Virus record (IMG/VR): IMGVR_UViG_2823592041_000002
Location: 72,880 to 136,879 of that record
From: a virus
Lineage: Duplodnaviria; Caudoviricetes
Direction: 5' to 3' (one strand)
DNA: 64,000 bases
The notes below the pieces were generated by a model. That model ran no database searches. It was not told where the DNA came from and saw only the letters and a list, made by a program, of their open reading frames with translations. Positions 10,495-20,190 of the stretch are shown piece by piece. Each line of letters starts with the position of its first letter. The stretch's first letter is position 1. A program made the translations under genes and the position numbers.

Positions 10495-11442
10495 ATGAAT
10501 ATCGGTGAAGAGTATATCTGGGCTCAGAAGTATCGTCCTAAAACAATCGAAGAGTGTATTATTATAGATGAACTCAAAGATAAGTTCCAAAATTTTGTAG
10601 AGAATGGAGATTTACCTAATCTATTACTTTACGGAACTGCTGGGACAGGTAAAACAACTGTAGCAAAAGCAGTATTGGAAACTCTTGGTTGTGATTACAT
10701 AGAAATCAACGGTTCACTTGAAGGAAGAAATATTGACACCTTGAGGAACACTATCAAGAGTTTTGCTAGTTCTGTATCTTTTACTGGTGGTAGGAAGTTT
10801 GTATTGTTAGATGAGGCCGATGGTTTGAATCCTACTTCATTACAACCTGCTTTGCGTGGGTTTATGGAGGAGTTTTCTGCTAACTGCGGTTTCATTCTAA
10901 CATGTAACTTCAAAGACAAAATTATCAAACCATTACATTCAAGGTGTAGTGTAATAAATTTTGTTATTCCTAAAGATAAGAAACCTGTAATGGCCGCTGC
11001 CTTCTATAAAAGAGTTTGCGAGATTCTTGTAAAAGAAGGCGTTGAATATGATAAGGGAGTTGTTGTAAAATTAATACAAAAACACTTTCCTGATTTCAGA
11101 AGAGTATTGAATGAGTTACAACAATGTGCTAGTTCTTCTGGCGGTATTACCAGTGATGTTTTGATTTCTAATGATGTAGCTATGGATGAACTTATAGTTC
11201 ATTTAAAGAGTAAGAACTTTTCAAAGATGCGTGAATGGGTTTCCAATCATGGTGATACTGACCCAGAAAGATTCTTCAGAAAACTTTACGATGGGATGTA
11301 TGAGTGGATGAAACCTGAGACTATTCCAACAGTTGTTGTAACTCTTGCTGAATATCAGTACAAAGCATGTTTTGTTGCTGATCAAGAGATTAATATTGTT
11401 GCTTGTCTCACTGAACTTATGGCTAATGAGGTTTGTAAATGA
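10495..11442 (+). CDS. gp44: Clamp loader large subunit (gp44)
   Basis: WAQKYRP, GTAGTGKTT, DEAD, SRC, FPDFRR. Confidence 0.96.
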   Translation: MNIGEEYIWAQKYRPKTIEECIIIDELKDKFQNFVENGDLPNLLLYGTAGTGKTTVAKAVLETLGCDYIEINGSLEGRNIDTLRNTIKSFASSVSFTGGRKFVLLDEADGLNPTSLQPALRGFMEEFSANCGFILTCNFKDKIIKPLHSRCSVINFVIPKDKKPVMAAAFYKRVCEILVKEGVEYDKGVVVKLIQKHFPDFRRVLNELQQCASSSGGITSDVLISNDVAMDELIVHLKSKNFSKMREWVSNHGDTDPERFFRKLYDGMYEWMKPETIPTVVVTLAEYQYKACFVADQEINIVACLTELMANEVCK

Positions 11443-11930
11443 AATTATTTGAAGAACTTGAAGATGAAGTTAAATTTGACGATGAGGATTATTCAAAAGA
11501 GAGTTATTGTCCATTTAAGTTCTTTTTGGGTTCTATAAATATAACCAAAGAGAATGTTTTGTTGGATGATAGTAATGGTAAGATAGAGGAAGCATACAAT
11601 CCTTTTATTATTAATAAGACTTTATCATACTTTCCCGATACCATTATGCAGTCCAATACAATGAACCAATTTTTCGATATTGACAAGAAGTTGCAATATG
11701 AGTTTTTACTAAATAGTATTAGAAAGAAAAAAAGATTTAGTAGATGGATTAAGTCAAACATTGAGGAGAATGTTGACACCGTAAAGCAATATTACAAAGT
11801 TGGAAACGAAAAGGCTGTTGAAATATTATCTTTACTTAATGATGAACAAATATCTATAATAAAAAGTGAATTGAGTGAAGGTGGAGTAAGTGGAAGAAGA
11901 AACAATAGTACAAGGATTCGTGGAGATTAA
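11439..11930 (+). CDS. gp62: Clamp loader small subunit (gp62)
   Basis: YNPFIIN..LSYFPD, LQY.FLLNSIRKKKRFS.W, follows gp44. Confidence 0.92.
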   Translation: MKLFEELEDEVKFDDEDYSKESYCPFKFFLGSINITKENVLLDDSNGKIEEAYNPFIINKTLSYFPDTIMQSNTMNQFFDIDKKLQYEFLLNSIRKKKRFSRWIKSNIEENVDTVKQYYKVGNEKAVEILSLLNDEQISIIKSELSEGGVSGRRNNSTRIRGD

Positions 11931-12288
11931 ATTGAGGAAGTCCGAAGATTTTCTGAAGATTAAAGAAACCTTAACAAGAATCGGGATACCTTCTATAAAA
12001 GAAAGAAAGTTGTATCAATCTTGTCATATTTTACATAAAAGAGGTAAATATTATATTGTTCATTTTAAAGAATTATTTAAACTAGACGGAAAAAATACGG
12101 AAATTGAAGAAGAAGATATTCAGAGAAGAAATTTAATTTGTTCCCTCTTAGAAGAGTGGGAGTTGGTTGAATTAGTTGATAAAAATAAAATTGAAGATAA
12201 ACTTCATATAAAAAAAATAAAAATAATTCCATTCTCAAAAAAGAGTGAATGGGAACTTATAGCAAAATATAATATTGGTAAATATTGA
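11890..12288 (+). CDS. regA: Translational repressor RegA
   Basis: DFLKIKETLTRIGI, LYQSCHILHKRGKYYIVHFKELF.LDG. Confidence 0.97.
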   Translation: MEEETIVQGFVEIKLRKSEDFLKIKETLTRIGIPSIKERKLYQSCHILHKRGKYYIVHFKELFKLDGKNTEIEEEDIQRRNLICSLLEEWELVELVDKNKIEDKLHIKKIKIIPFSKKSEWELIAKYNIGKY

Positions 12289-12301
12289 CATTAAATTTGA
12301 T

Positions 12302-12402
12302 TCTGACTTTGTGAGGTCAGACTTATAAACTAAACAAAGATGCCGATTTTCGGGTCTTTATTACTCAACTTGCTTATTTAAGGAGTTGACCAAGGAGTTA
12401 TT
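12302..12402 (+). promoter_or_regulatory. Structured 5' leader of hsp20, ROSE-like RNA thermometer candidate
   Basis: Three hairpins (12302-12321, 12336-12359, 12365-12389); the third is UCAACUU-G-CUU/AAG-GAGUUGA with the UUGCU motif opposite AGGAG. Confidence 0.6.
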
Positions 12403-12807
12403 ATGCAAATGTCGAAATTTTTTGAGTTGGCGATTGCTGACAGTTTTTTAAAGGACAGTTTCAGTTTCAAGGCTGAATCTAGTTATTATCCCCCACACAA
12501 CATTTTAAAACATAACGATAATAAGTTTGTTTTGGAAATTGCTGTTGCTGGTTTTAAACAAGAAGATTTAAATGTCATTTTAGACAAAAACACTTTAATT
12601 GTTACAGGTGATAGGAGAAAAGATCAAAATTCTGATTCTTTTGATTATCTTCATAAAGGTATTGGAACTAGAAGTTTTAACAAATCTTTCGTTTTGGAAA
12701 GATATTTAATAGTGAAAGATGTAAAACTTTCTGATGGGATTTTAAAAATAGTTCTAGAAAGAGTTGTGCCTGAAGAGGAACAACCCAGAATTCTAGAAAT
12801 AGGATAA
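12403..12807 (+). CDS. hsp20: Small heat-shock protein (Hsp20/IbpA family)
   Basis: YPPHNI, LEIAVAGF, YLHKGIG.RSF...F, DGIL.I.LER.VPEE..PR. Confidence 0.95.
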   Translation: MQMSKFFELAIADSFLKDSFSFKAESSYYPPHNILKHNDNKFVLEIAVAGFKQEDLNVILDKNTLIVTGDRRKDQNSDSFDYLHKGIGTRSFNKSFVLERYLIVKDVKLSDGILKIVLERVVPEEEQPRILEIG

Positions 12808-12821
12808 CAAAATTTAAACAC

Positions 12822-12845
12822 GGTGAGGGGGTAAAACCTCTCACC
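12822..12845 (+). terminator. Stem-loop after hsp20 (probable terminator or processing signal)
   Basis: GGTGAGGGG-GTAAAA-CCTCTCACC; weak U-tract. Confidence 0.5.
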
Positions 12846-12853
12846 TATATATT

Positions 12854-13351
12854 ATGATGCACACAAATTTTATTTTATTAATGACAATATTTTTATGTAA
12901 CAGTTTTTATTCAGATTTTACTTTTGAAAAACCCTCAAGAACTGTTGACAGAGTTTTTATCCATTGTAGCGATAGTGACTGGAAACACCACGATGACATT
13001 TCTGTTATTAGAAAATGGCATGTAGACCAGAACGGTTGGGATCAAGTTGGATACCATTATTTTATAAAAAGAAATGGGACCATTCAAAAAGGTAGAAGTT
13101 TAGAACTCACACCTTCAGCTCAAAAAAGACATAATGTTAGAACAATAGCTATATGCCTACACGGTAGAAAAAAATTCACAAAAAAACAATTTAAATCTTT
13201 GAGAAAATTATGCTCAGAGATTCAAAAATCATATAAAGGTAAGGTGACTTTCCATGGACATAAGGAAGTTGCTAGAGAAAAAACTTGTCCAAATTTTGAT
13301 TACGTTAAAGTGTTGAACCTAGATGGCCACGGACGTATGAAGGGAATATAA
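12854..13351 (+). CDS. N-acetylmuramoyl-L-alanine amidase (Amidase_2, T7 lysozyme-like) with hydrophobic N-terminus
   Basis: VFIHCS, IRKWH...GW..VGYHYFI...G.IQ.GR, IAICL.G, GHKE...KTCPNFD. Confidence 0.9.
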   Translation: MMHTNFILLMTIFLCNSFYSDFTFEKPSRTVDRVFIHCSDSDWKHHDDISVIRKWHVDQNGWDQVGYHYFIKRNGTIQKGRSLELTPSAQKRHNVRTIAICLHGRKKFTKKQFKSLRKLCSEIQKSYKGKVTFHGHKEVAREKTCPNFDYVKVLNLDGHGRMKGI

Positions 13352-13352
13352 A

Positions 13353-13652
13353 ATGAATATTTATGCGATGAGACTAAAAACAGGTGAGGAAGTGATTTTT
13401 AGAACAGAGACTAACTTTACAACGTTGGTTGAATCTATTAATCAGAATATTCTAATTAAAGTTGAGAAGCCTGTAACTATGTTGCCAGTTGAAAATAAAG
13501 TGACTTTTGTACCTTGGGTTTTCTTTGCAAAAGAAGATTCCTTTACAGTTAGCACACAAGATGTTGTTTTATTTTATCACGCACAAGACCAGATAGAAGG
13601 TGAATATAGGAGAATGACTAGCGGTATTATTACCAGCCCATCTTTAGCATAA
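13353..13652 (+). CDS. Conserved T4-like hypothetical protein (Sm-like fold candidate)
   Basis: RLKTGEEVI, PWV.F, Y...TSGII pattern typical of the small gene preceding gp43. Confidence 0.6.
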   Translation: MNIYAMRLKTGEEVIFRTETNFTTLVESINQNILIKVEKPVTMLPVENKVTFVPWVFFAKEDSFTVSTQDVVLFYHAQDQIEGEYRRMTSGIITSPSLA

Positions 13653-13655
13653 CAC

Positions 13656-13684
13656 TTGACTTTTCCGTTTTATTTTATTATAAT
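13656..13684 (+). promoter_or_regulatory. Sigma70-type promoter for gp43
   Basis: TTGACT-N17-TATAAT. Confidence 0.75.
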
Positions 13685-13704
13685 AGTAAAAGAAAAGAGG
13701 TTTT

Positions 13705-16176
13705 ATGCGTTTCTATACGTCAGTTAATTCCGTCAATGACAAAATGTGTGTCAGAGGTTTTGTCAACGGTAAAAGATTTATTGATAGAGTTCCCTATCAA
13801 CCTGCTATGTTTATGAAATGTAATGCAAGTGAGGTTACAAAATATAAAGATATCTATGGCAACCCCCTAAAGAAGATTGTCTTCCAAGGTCTTCAAGAAG
13901 CTAAAGATAAGTGTTTCCAAAAGACTACAAGAGAAGATTATCATGGGATGGCAAACTTTGAGTATTCTTATATTTCTGACAATTACCCAGAAGATATAGA
14001 ATTTGATCCTAAATTGGTGAAGAAACTATATCTCGATATTGAGGTTTCTTCTGAGAATGGTTTTCCAAAACCAGAAGAAGCTTCAGAACCTGTAACTGCA
14101 ATTACGGTTTCTGATGGTAAGAGGTACTTTGTTTTTGGGTTGAAAGATTACAAACCACACAAAGAGAATATCCATTATAAGAAGTGTAGTTCAGAACATG
14201 AATTGTTATATTACTTTGTCAAGTTTTGGGTTGGTTTTGAGGTTGATATTATTACAGGCTGGAACACTAAGTATTTCGATATCCCATATCTTGTCAACCG
14301 CATCAAAGCACTTTTAGGTGATAGGGAATCTAAAAAACTGTCACCATTCGGTGTTATTCGTGAACGAACTGTCCAGAAACATGCAAACCTTTCAGTGCAA
14401 ACTTACAATCTTTTAGGTGTTTCCGATTTAGATTATCTTGAAATGTACAGAAAGTTTACATTCTCTAATCAAGAAAGTTACAGACTTGATCATATTGCTT
14501 CTGTTGAGCTTGGTGAAAAGAAACTGGACTACTCTGAGTATGAAGGACTTTTTGACCTTTATGAAAAAGACTATCAGAAGTTTGTTGAATATAATGTGAA
14601 AGACGTTGAGTTGATTGTTCGACTTGAAGAGAAACTTGGTTTCATCGAAATGGTGCAGACGATGGCTTATGATGCAAAAGTGAATTATGATGACACTTTT
14701 TATCAAGTTCGTATGTGGGATGTTATTATCTTCAATGCACTAAGAAAAAAGAATGTTGTAGTTCCACCAAAAATCAAACAACCAAGTCAACCATTTGAAG
14801 GCGCTTATGTTAAAGAACCTAAGTCTGGATACTATGAATGGGTGACTTCTTTTGACTTGAACTCTCTATATCCCCACATCATTATGCAATGGAACAGCTC
14901 ACCCGAAACTCTTAAAAGAAAAAATGAACATGTTACTGTGAATGATTTACTCAATCAGGTCTATGAACCAGACATAAATGACAAGGAGTCTATGATGGCT
15001 AATGGTTCTGTTTATGACAGGACTAAGACTGGTATTCTACCTGCCCTGATGTCTAAAATGTATCAGGATAGGAAAATATACAAGAAAGAGATGATCAAGT
15101 TACAGAAGGAGTATGAGAGAACCAAAGACCATAAAACTAAGATGTTGGCAGACAAGTATTACAATCTTCAGTTAGTTAAGAAGATTCAATTGAACTCTGC
15201 TTATGGTGCGATTGGAAACAGGTTCTTTAGATTCTTTGATGTTCGTATTGCAGAAGGTATCACAACATCTGGACAGTTAGTTATTCGATGGGCTGAGAAA
15301 AAGATGAACGAGTTTCTAAGTAAGAGATTTGGTAACGATGAAAAAGATTTCGTAATTGCTTCTGACACAGATTCTCTTTATCTTGATCTTTCGGATTATG
15401 TCAAAGAGATGGACACCAAAGACAAAACAGAAATCACCGACAAACTGAATTTGATTTCACAGAACGAGATTCAGCCGTACATGGAACAGTTCTATGATGA
15501 ATTGAAAGATTATCTGAATTGTCCAAAACAAAAGATGGTTATGGAACGAGAAGTGATTGCTGATCAGGGTATATGGATTGGTAAGAAACACTACGTTCTC
15601 AATGTTCTTGATTCAGAGGGTGTTCGTTATGAAAAACCCAAACTCAAGATGATGGGTATATCTGCGGTGAAGAGTTCCACACCAGCTATCTGTCGTGATA
15701 ATATTAAGAAGTCGATTGATATTTTGATGAATGGTAATCAAGAGGAATTGTTTGATTTTCTTGAAACCGCAAAAGAAAACTTCATGAAAGCTAATCCAGA
15801 GGATGTGATGTTTCCAAGGGGTGTCAATAATCTAAAAAAGTATGCGGATAGGGATACACTTTACACAAAAGGTACTCCAATACATGTTAAAGGTTCCTTG
15901 TTGTTCAATAAATACTTAGTCGAAAAGAACCTTGATAAAAAGTATGAAAAGATAGAAGAAGGTGAAAAGATCAAGTTCTGTTATCTAAAACAACCCAACC
16001 CAATATTCGATACTGTTTTTGCAGTCAAGAATGTCCTACCAAAAGAGTTTGGATTGGAAGAGTTTATCGACTATGAAAAACAATGGGAGAAAGCTTTCCT
16101 TGAATCTGTTGAAGATATTGTTGATGCTAGAGGTTGGAAGACAAAAAAATCTTCAAGTTTGTTTGACTTTTTCTAA
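13705..16176 (+). CDS. gp43: Family B DNA polymerase (gp43)
   Basis: DIEV, GWN...FDIPY, YNVKDV, SFDLNSLYP, KIQLNSAYG, SDTDS, C-terminal clamp-binding SLFDFF. Confidence 0.99.
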   Translation: MRFYTSVNSVNDKMCVRGFVNGKRFIDRVPYQPAMFMKCNASEVTKYKDIYGNPLKKIVFQGLQEAKDKCFQKTTREDYHGMANFEYSYISDNYPEDIEFDPKLVKKLYLDIEVSSENGFPKPEEASEPVTAITVSDGKRYFVFGLKDYKPHKENIHYKKCSSEHELLYYFVKFWVGFEVDIITGWNTKYFDIPYLVNRIKALLGDRESKKLSPFGVIRERTVQKHANLSVQTYNLLGVSDLDYLEMYRKFTFSNQESYRLDHIASVELGEKKLDYSEYEGLFDLYEKDYQKFVEYNVKDVELIVRLEEKLGFIEMVQTMAYDAKVNYDDTFYQVRMWDVIIFNALRKKNVVVPPKIKQPSQPFEGAYVKEPKSGYYEWVTSFDLNSLYPHIIMQWNSSPETLKRKNEHVTVNDLLNQVYEPDINDKESMMANGSVYDRTKTGILPALMSKMYQDRKIYKKEMIKLQKEYERTKDHKTKMLADKYYNLQLVKKIQLNSAYGAIGNRFFRFFDVRIAEGITTSGQLVIRWAEKKMNEFLSKRFGNDEKDFVIASDTDSLYLDLSDYVKEMDTKDKTEITDKLNLISQNEIQPYMEQFYDELKDYLNCPKQKMVMEREVIADQGIWIGKKHYVLNVLDSEGVRYEKPKLKMMGISAVKSSTPAICRDNIKKSIDILMNGNQEELFDFLETAKENFMKANPEDVMFPRGVNNLKKYADRDTLYTKGTPIHVKGSLLFNKYLVEKNLDKKYEKIEEGEKIKFCYLKQPNPIFDTVFAVKNVLPKEFGLEEFIDYEKQWEKAFLESVEDIVDARGWKTKKSSSLFDFF

Positions 16177-16212
16177 AATATATGTTATTATAGTTTTATA
16201 GGAGTAAAAAAT

Positions 16213-17229
16213 ATGGATTTTAGTAATATTGTTTCTGCTGCTGGTAATGAGTTTGCACAGAATGCCAGTGATATGGATGAAACACAATCATATATTGATA
16301 CTGGGAGTTATACTCTCAATGCAATAATTTCTGGTTCAATTTACAAAGGATTGCCAGGAAATAAAGTTACCGCATATGCAGGGGAACAGGCAACAGGAAA
16401 GACCTTTTTTGTTTTCGAGGCTGTGAAGAACTTTCTACAATCTAATACAGATGGTAGAGTTCTATTTTTTGAAACTGAGAATGCCTTGGAGAAGGGGATG
16501 TTCGACTCTCGTGGAATTGATTCTTCCAGAATAACTATCTTTCCTGTTGCCACTATTGAAGAATTCAAGTCACAAGCAGTCAGAATACTTGATGCTTATC
16601 TTGCTGTAAAAGAAAAAGATAGACCCCCTCTATTGATGTGTCTTGATTCTTTGGGTATGTTATCAACTGCAAAAGAGGTGAATGATACAACAACAGGTTC
16701 TGATAAAGCAGATTTCACAAGACCAAAATTAATCAGATCCGCTTTCCGAGTTCTCACCCTCAAACTTGGAAGAGCAAACGTCCCTCTCCTAATTACCAAC
16801 CATACTTACACCAGTGTTGGTAGTTTTATTCCTACTCAAACTTCTGCTGGAGGTGGTGGATTAAAATATGCTGCCTCCAGTATTGTCCTTCTGAGTAAGA
16901 AACAAGTCAAAGAAGGGACGGAGAAAGTCGGAAATATAGTAAAGATAAAAATGGAGAAATCCAGATTTACCAAAGAAGGTTCATCTATAGAAACTAAAAT
17001 TGACTTTGAAAAGGGTCTTGATAGATATCATGGGATGATTGAACTTGGTTTAGAAGCAGGAGTATTTCAAAAGAGTGGTAACAGGATTCTGGTCGGAGAA
17101 TCTAAACTCTACCCAAAAGCAATCTATGATGACCCAGAAAAGTATTTCACAAAAGAAATACTTGACACAATAGATGAATATGTGATAAAAAGATATAGTT
17201 ACGGAACAACAGATACAACGGAGGAATAA
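16213..17229 (+). CDS. uvsX: RecA-like recombinase UvsX
   Basis: DTGSY.LN, GEQATGKT, LDSLGML, TNHTY, GGGGLKYAAS, KSRFTKE. Confidence 0.95.
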   Translation: MDFSNIVSAAGNEFAQNASDMDETQSYIDTGSYTLNAIISGSIYKGLPGNKVTAYAGEQATGKTFFVFEAVKNFLQSNTDGRVLFFETENALEKGMFDSRGIDSSRITIFPVATIEEFKSQAVRILDAYLAVKEKDRPPLLMCLDSLGMLSTAKEVNDTTTGSDKADFTRPKLIRSAFRVLTLKLGRANVPLLITNHTYTSVGSFIPTQTSAGGGGLKYAASSIVLLSKKQVKEGTEKVGNIVKIKMEKSRFTKEGSSIETKIDFEKGLDRYHGMIELGLEAGVFQKSGNRILVGESKLYPKAIYDDPEKYFTKEILDTIDEYVIKRYSYGTTDTTEE

Positions 17230-18614
17230 TGCGAGTTGAGAGAATCATATTATCGGGGATTCTCAAGAACGATTCTTATAGAAGGAAAGCTTTACCCCAT
17301 CTTCATGAAGAATATTTTCATGATAAAAAAGAATTGAATATTTTTTCAATAGTGAATAAACACATTTCAAAATATAAGAGTGCCCCTGTAAAAGACGAAT
17401 TATTGACGGAAGTTCAAACAATCCAAATGACAGACAAAGATGTTGAAGATTGTCAGGTGATTGCATCTGATCTTTTTGACATTGAAACTTCTGATGAACA
17501 ATGGTTGTTAGAAAAAACCGAGAAGTGGTGTCAAGAAAAGTCTGTATATAATGCGGTTATGGAGTCTATTTCCATTATTGATGGTTCTGTGGATAAAAAC
17601 AAAAACACCATTCCAGATATCCTTAAACAAGCTCTTGCAGTCACGTTCAAGATAGAACTTGGGCATGATTACATAGAAGATGCTGATGCTAGATTTGAGT
17701 ATTACAACAAGAAAGACGAGAAGAAAATACCCTTTGGAATTGACTTGTTCAACAAAGTCACAAGAGGTGGTATTGCTTCTAAGACTTTGAATGTTGTTAT
17801 GGCAGGAACTAATGTTGGTAAGTCTTTCTTTATGACTGACTTTGCTTCACATTGTCTTGCTAATCAAAAGAATGTTCTGTATATCACTCTTGAAATGAGT
17901 GAAGAAGAACTTGCTAGAAGGATTGATGCTAACTTATTAAACATAAAAATAAATGAACTTGATGAAGTCCCTACAACCCTCCTACAAAAGAAGTTAGAGG
18001 AAAAGAGTAGGAACATTAAAGGTAAATTAATATTTAAAGAGTTTCCGACAGGTAGAGGTAGTGCAGCTGATTTCAATAAATTGCTTGATGAACTTGAATT
18101 GAAAAAGGGATTCAAACCCGATATACTTTTTGTTGACTATATTAACATCTGTGCTTCCTCTACACTTGCATCTAGATTTAAAGCGGACAAGTATTTGTAT
18201 ATCAAAACGATTGCGGAAGAGTTGAGAGGTTTGGCTGTAGAAAAAGATATTCCTATCTTTACTGCGACACAAACAAATAGAGAAGGTTATGGTGATTCAG
18301 ACCCAGATTTGACTAATACGAGTGAATCATGGGGTCTACCTGCCACTGCTGACTTTATGTTTGCGATGATGACAGATGATCAATTGGAAGAACTTTCACA
18401 GTTTAGAATCAAACAACTCAAGAACAGATACAATCGTAAAGACTCTAATAAGAGATTTTGTATTGGGTATGATTTGATGAAGATGAGGCTTTTTGATATT
18501 GACGATAGTAATGTAGGTTCCGTATCTACAGGAGAAGAAGGTGAAACTCCCAGTAATGGTAGCAACTTTCTTCAAAAGAAAAAGACGCTGGATTTCTCTG
18601 GAATTTCAGTTTGA
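17229..18614 (+). CDS. gp41: Replicative DNA helicase (gp41, DnaB-like)
   Basis: AGTNVGKS, YITLEMSE, VDYINIC, AEELRGLAVE, TATQTNR, SESWGLPATAD, QLKNRY. Confidence 0.97.
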   Translation: MRVERIILSGILKNDSYRRKALPHLHEEYFHDKKELNIFSIVNKHISKYKSAPVKDELLTEVQTIQMTDKDVEDCQVIASDLFDIETSDEQWLLEKTEKWCQEKSVYNAVMESISIIDGSVDKNKNTIPDILKQALAVTFKIELGHDYIEDADARFEYYNKKDEKKIPFGIDLFNKVTRGGIASKTLNVVMAGTNVGKSFFMTDFASHCLANQKNVLYITLEMSEEELARRIDANLLNIKINELDEVPTTLLQKKLEEKSRNIKGKLIFKEFPTGRGSAADFNKLLDELELKKGFKPDILFVDYINICASSTLASRFKADKYLYIKTIAEELRGLAVEKDIPIFTATQTNREGYGDSDPDLTNTSESWGLPATADFMFAMMTDDQLEELSQFRIKQLKNRYNRKDSNKRFCIGYDLMKMRLFDIDDSNVGSVSTGEEGETPSNGSNFLQKKKTLDFSGISV

Positions 18615-18621
18615 GGTTATT

Positions 18622-19215
18622 ATGATAAATGTGATTTTTGATTTTGAATCTTTAGGGTTAAATGAAAATAGTGTATTGTTAAGTTTGGGTGTCCTAGCTT
18701 TTGACCCTAGTGATTATGATATTGCTGGTGATGGTGTAGAGACAACGTTCAATAAACTTTTACAACAAGGTTTGTATATTAAACTTGACGCAAAAGATCA
18801 AATGAGAACTTATGATAGACATATAAACAAGTCAACTCTTCTATGGTGGACTGAACAGAATGAAGAAGCTGGTCAAGTACTGAAAAGATGTGACGATGAT
18901 GTTAAGCTTCCTGATATGGAAAACCTTCTGAATGAATATCTTGAAATGAACGGTGTTACAAGAAATACACCAGTCTGGTCAAGGGGTTATACAGAACCTA
19001 TGTGGTATGAATCTGTAAAACTCAATCTGAATACTTATGGATCGTTCAGACATTATCAGTATCGTGATATTAGAACTCTTTTGAATGTTTCTATAGAAGA
19101 TAAATACTTGAGTAGAAACCATATAAATACTATTGAACATCCTGTAAGTTTTATAAAACATAATGCTCTACACGATGTATGTTTTGATGCAGTTCAATTT
19201 TTATGTACTCAATAA
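18622..19215 (+). CDS. DEDDh 3'-5' exonuclease (DexA-like)
   Basis: IFDFESLG, TLLWW..Q, VWSRG, RDIRT, HNALHD. Confidence 0.8.
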   Translation: MINVIFDFESLGLNENSVLLSLGVLAFDPSDYDIAGDGVETTFNKLLQQGLYIKLDAKDQMRTYDRHINKSTLLWWTEQNEEAGQVLKRCDDDVKLPDMENLLNEYLEMNGVTRNTPVWSRGYTEPMWYESVKLNLNTYGSFRHYQYRDIRTLLNVSIEDKYLSRNHINTIEHPVSFIKHNALHDVCFDAVQFLCTQ

Positions 19216-19221
19216 CTAAAA

Positions 19222-19260
19222 AAGTATTGACATTGTAGTCAATATTTGGTATTATAAATA
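19222..19260 (+). promoter_or_regulatory. Sigma70-type promoter with overlapping inverted-repeat operator and late promoter
   Basis: TTGACA(19227)-N17-TATTAT; IR AAGTATTGAC-N6-GTCAATATTT; TATAAATA at 19253-19260. Confidence 0.7.
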
Positions 19261-19292
19261 CTATATGTGAGAATAAAATACTTACGAGTGAT

Positions 19293-19356
19293 AAAACTTA
19301 GGTTTACGTATAAAAGCTAAAAGACCTATTAATGTCGAAAGACGGAAGATTAAATT
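19293..19356 (+). repeat. Diverged copy A of the structured leader repeat
   Basis: TAGGTTT-N16-AGACCTA-TTAA-TGTC(GAAA)GACG-GAAGATTAAATT-ATG; same layout as copies B and C. Confidence 0.7.
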
Positions 19357-19863
19357 ATGAAGAATGTAATTATTTTAGGCGATGTTTGCACGTTTGATAT
19401 CAATATTGAACATTTGTTTGAGTTAAACCCTTATGATGAAGATGAAATAGTGAGGCTTCTAGGGTTTCCAGAGGAGTTAATTCGATATTGTTCTGGGTTG
19501 ATTCCATTACATGTTGTCAATGCATTATACTCAATTCCAGATGATCAATATTCATTACAAACAATCGCTGATGAAATGGATTTATCTTACGGCAACATTA
19601 TTTCAAAAAACATTGGTGATCTTAGTTATCTCGAATTGGGTAGTTGTGGGTTCAGTTCCAGTAGTTCCAAAAATATTTGGCAGAAATCTAAAATAGACAC
19701 CAATGGTGTTTATAAAAGCCATTGCGGCGATCCAGATTTAGATTACAAAATGAAAATAACCGACACAAACAATAAGTTTGAATTCATTTTATATCCATAT
19801 TCGATAGTAGGATTAAGAGATATGAACAATCTGTCCGATTATAAGATAGCGAGATTTGATTAA
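19357..19863 (+). CDS. Hypothetical protein
   Basis: 168-aa ORF after promoter and leader; C-terminal YPYSIVG...ARFD. Confidence 0.7.
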   Translation: MKNVIILGDVCTFDINIEHLFELNPYDEDEIVRLLGFPEELIRYCSGLIPLHVVNALYSIPDDQYSLQTIADEMDLSYGNIISKNIGDLSYLELGSCGFSSSSSKNIWQKSKIDTNGVYKSHCGDPDLDYKMKITDTNNKFEFILYPYSIVGLRDMNNLSDYKIARFD

Positions 19864-19883
19864 ATTAAAATAAATTTGAAAAA

Positions 19884-19917
19884 AAGTATTGACAAGTGAT
19901 TGAATACTTGTTATAAT
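19884..19917 (+). promoter_or_regulatory. Sigma70-type promoter with overlapping inverted-repeat operator
   Basis: TTGACA(19889)-N17-TATAAT; IR AAGTATTGAC-N6-TTGAATACTT. Confidence 0.8.
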
Positions 19918-19935
19918 AGTATATGTAAAAATAAA

Positions 19936-19995
19936 AAAATCTAGGTTTAAGTGTGAAAGCGAAAAAACCTATTAACGTTTAACGCAAAGGATAAA
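19936..19995 (+). repeat. 60-bp direct repeat, copy B (leader hairpin plus RBS)
   Basis: AAAATCTAGGTTTAAGTGTGAAAGCGAAAAAACCTATTAACGTTTAACGCAAAGGATAAA, identical to 20191-20250. Confidence 0.95.
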
Positions 19996-19999
19996 AATT

Positions 20000-20173
20000 A
20001 TGGCTAGGCCAAAATCTAAAGAAACAATGGAAAAATTTACAATGTGTGTGCCGAAAGAAGATCTCAAAAGATATGAAGAGAACGGTGCTAGTATAGGATT
20101 GACACGCAATTCATATATCAGATTTATGACACAATTAGGAGAAGAAACATACTCTAAAATGAGGAATAAATAG
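20000..20173 (+). CDS. Ribbon-helix-helix (CopG/Arc/MetJ-like) DNA-binding protein, 57 aa, absent from the ORF track
   Basis: MARPKSKETMEKFTMCVPKEDLKRYEENGASIGLTRNSYIRFMTQLGEETYSKMRNK: alternating beta strand, helix, G-x-T-R-N-x-x-I-R turn; AAGGA SD. Confidence 0.75.
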   Translation: MARPKSKETMEKFTMCVPKEDLKRYEENGASIGLTRNSYIRFMTQLGEETYSKMRNK

Positions 20174-20190
20174 AAAAATTTACAATTGAC

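Noticed and set aside
19299-19995. Resemblance of GAAA...GACGGAAG / ACGCAAAG to a c-di-GMP-I riboswitch
   Set aside because: The GCAAAC/tetraloop-receptor architecture and second stem are missing; only short word matches
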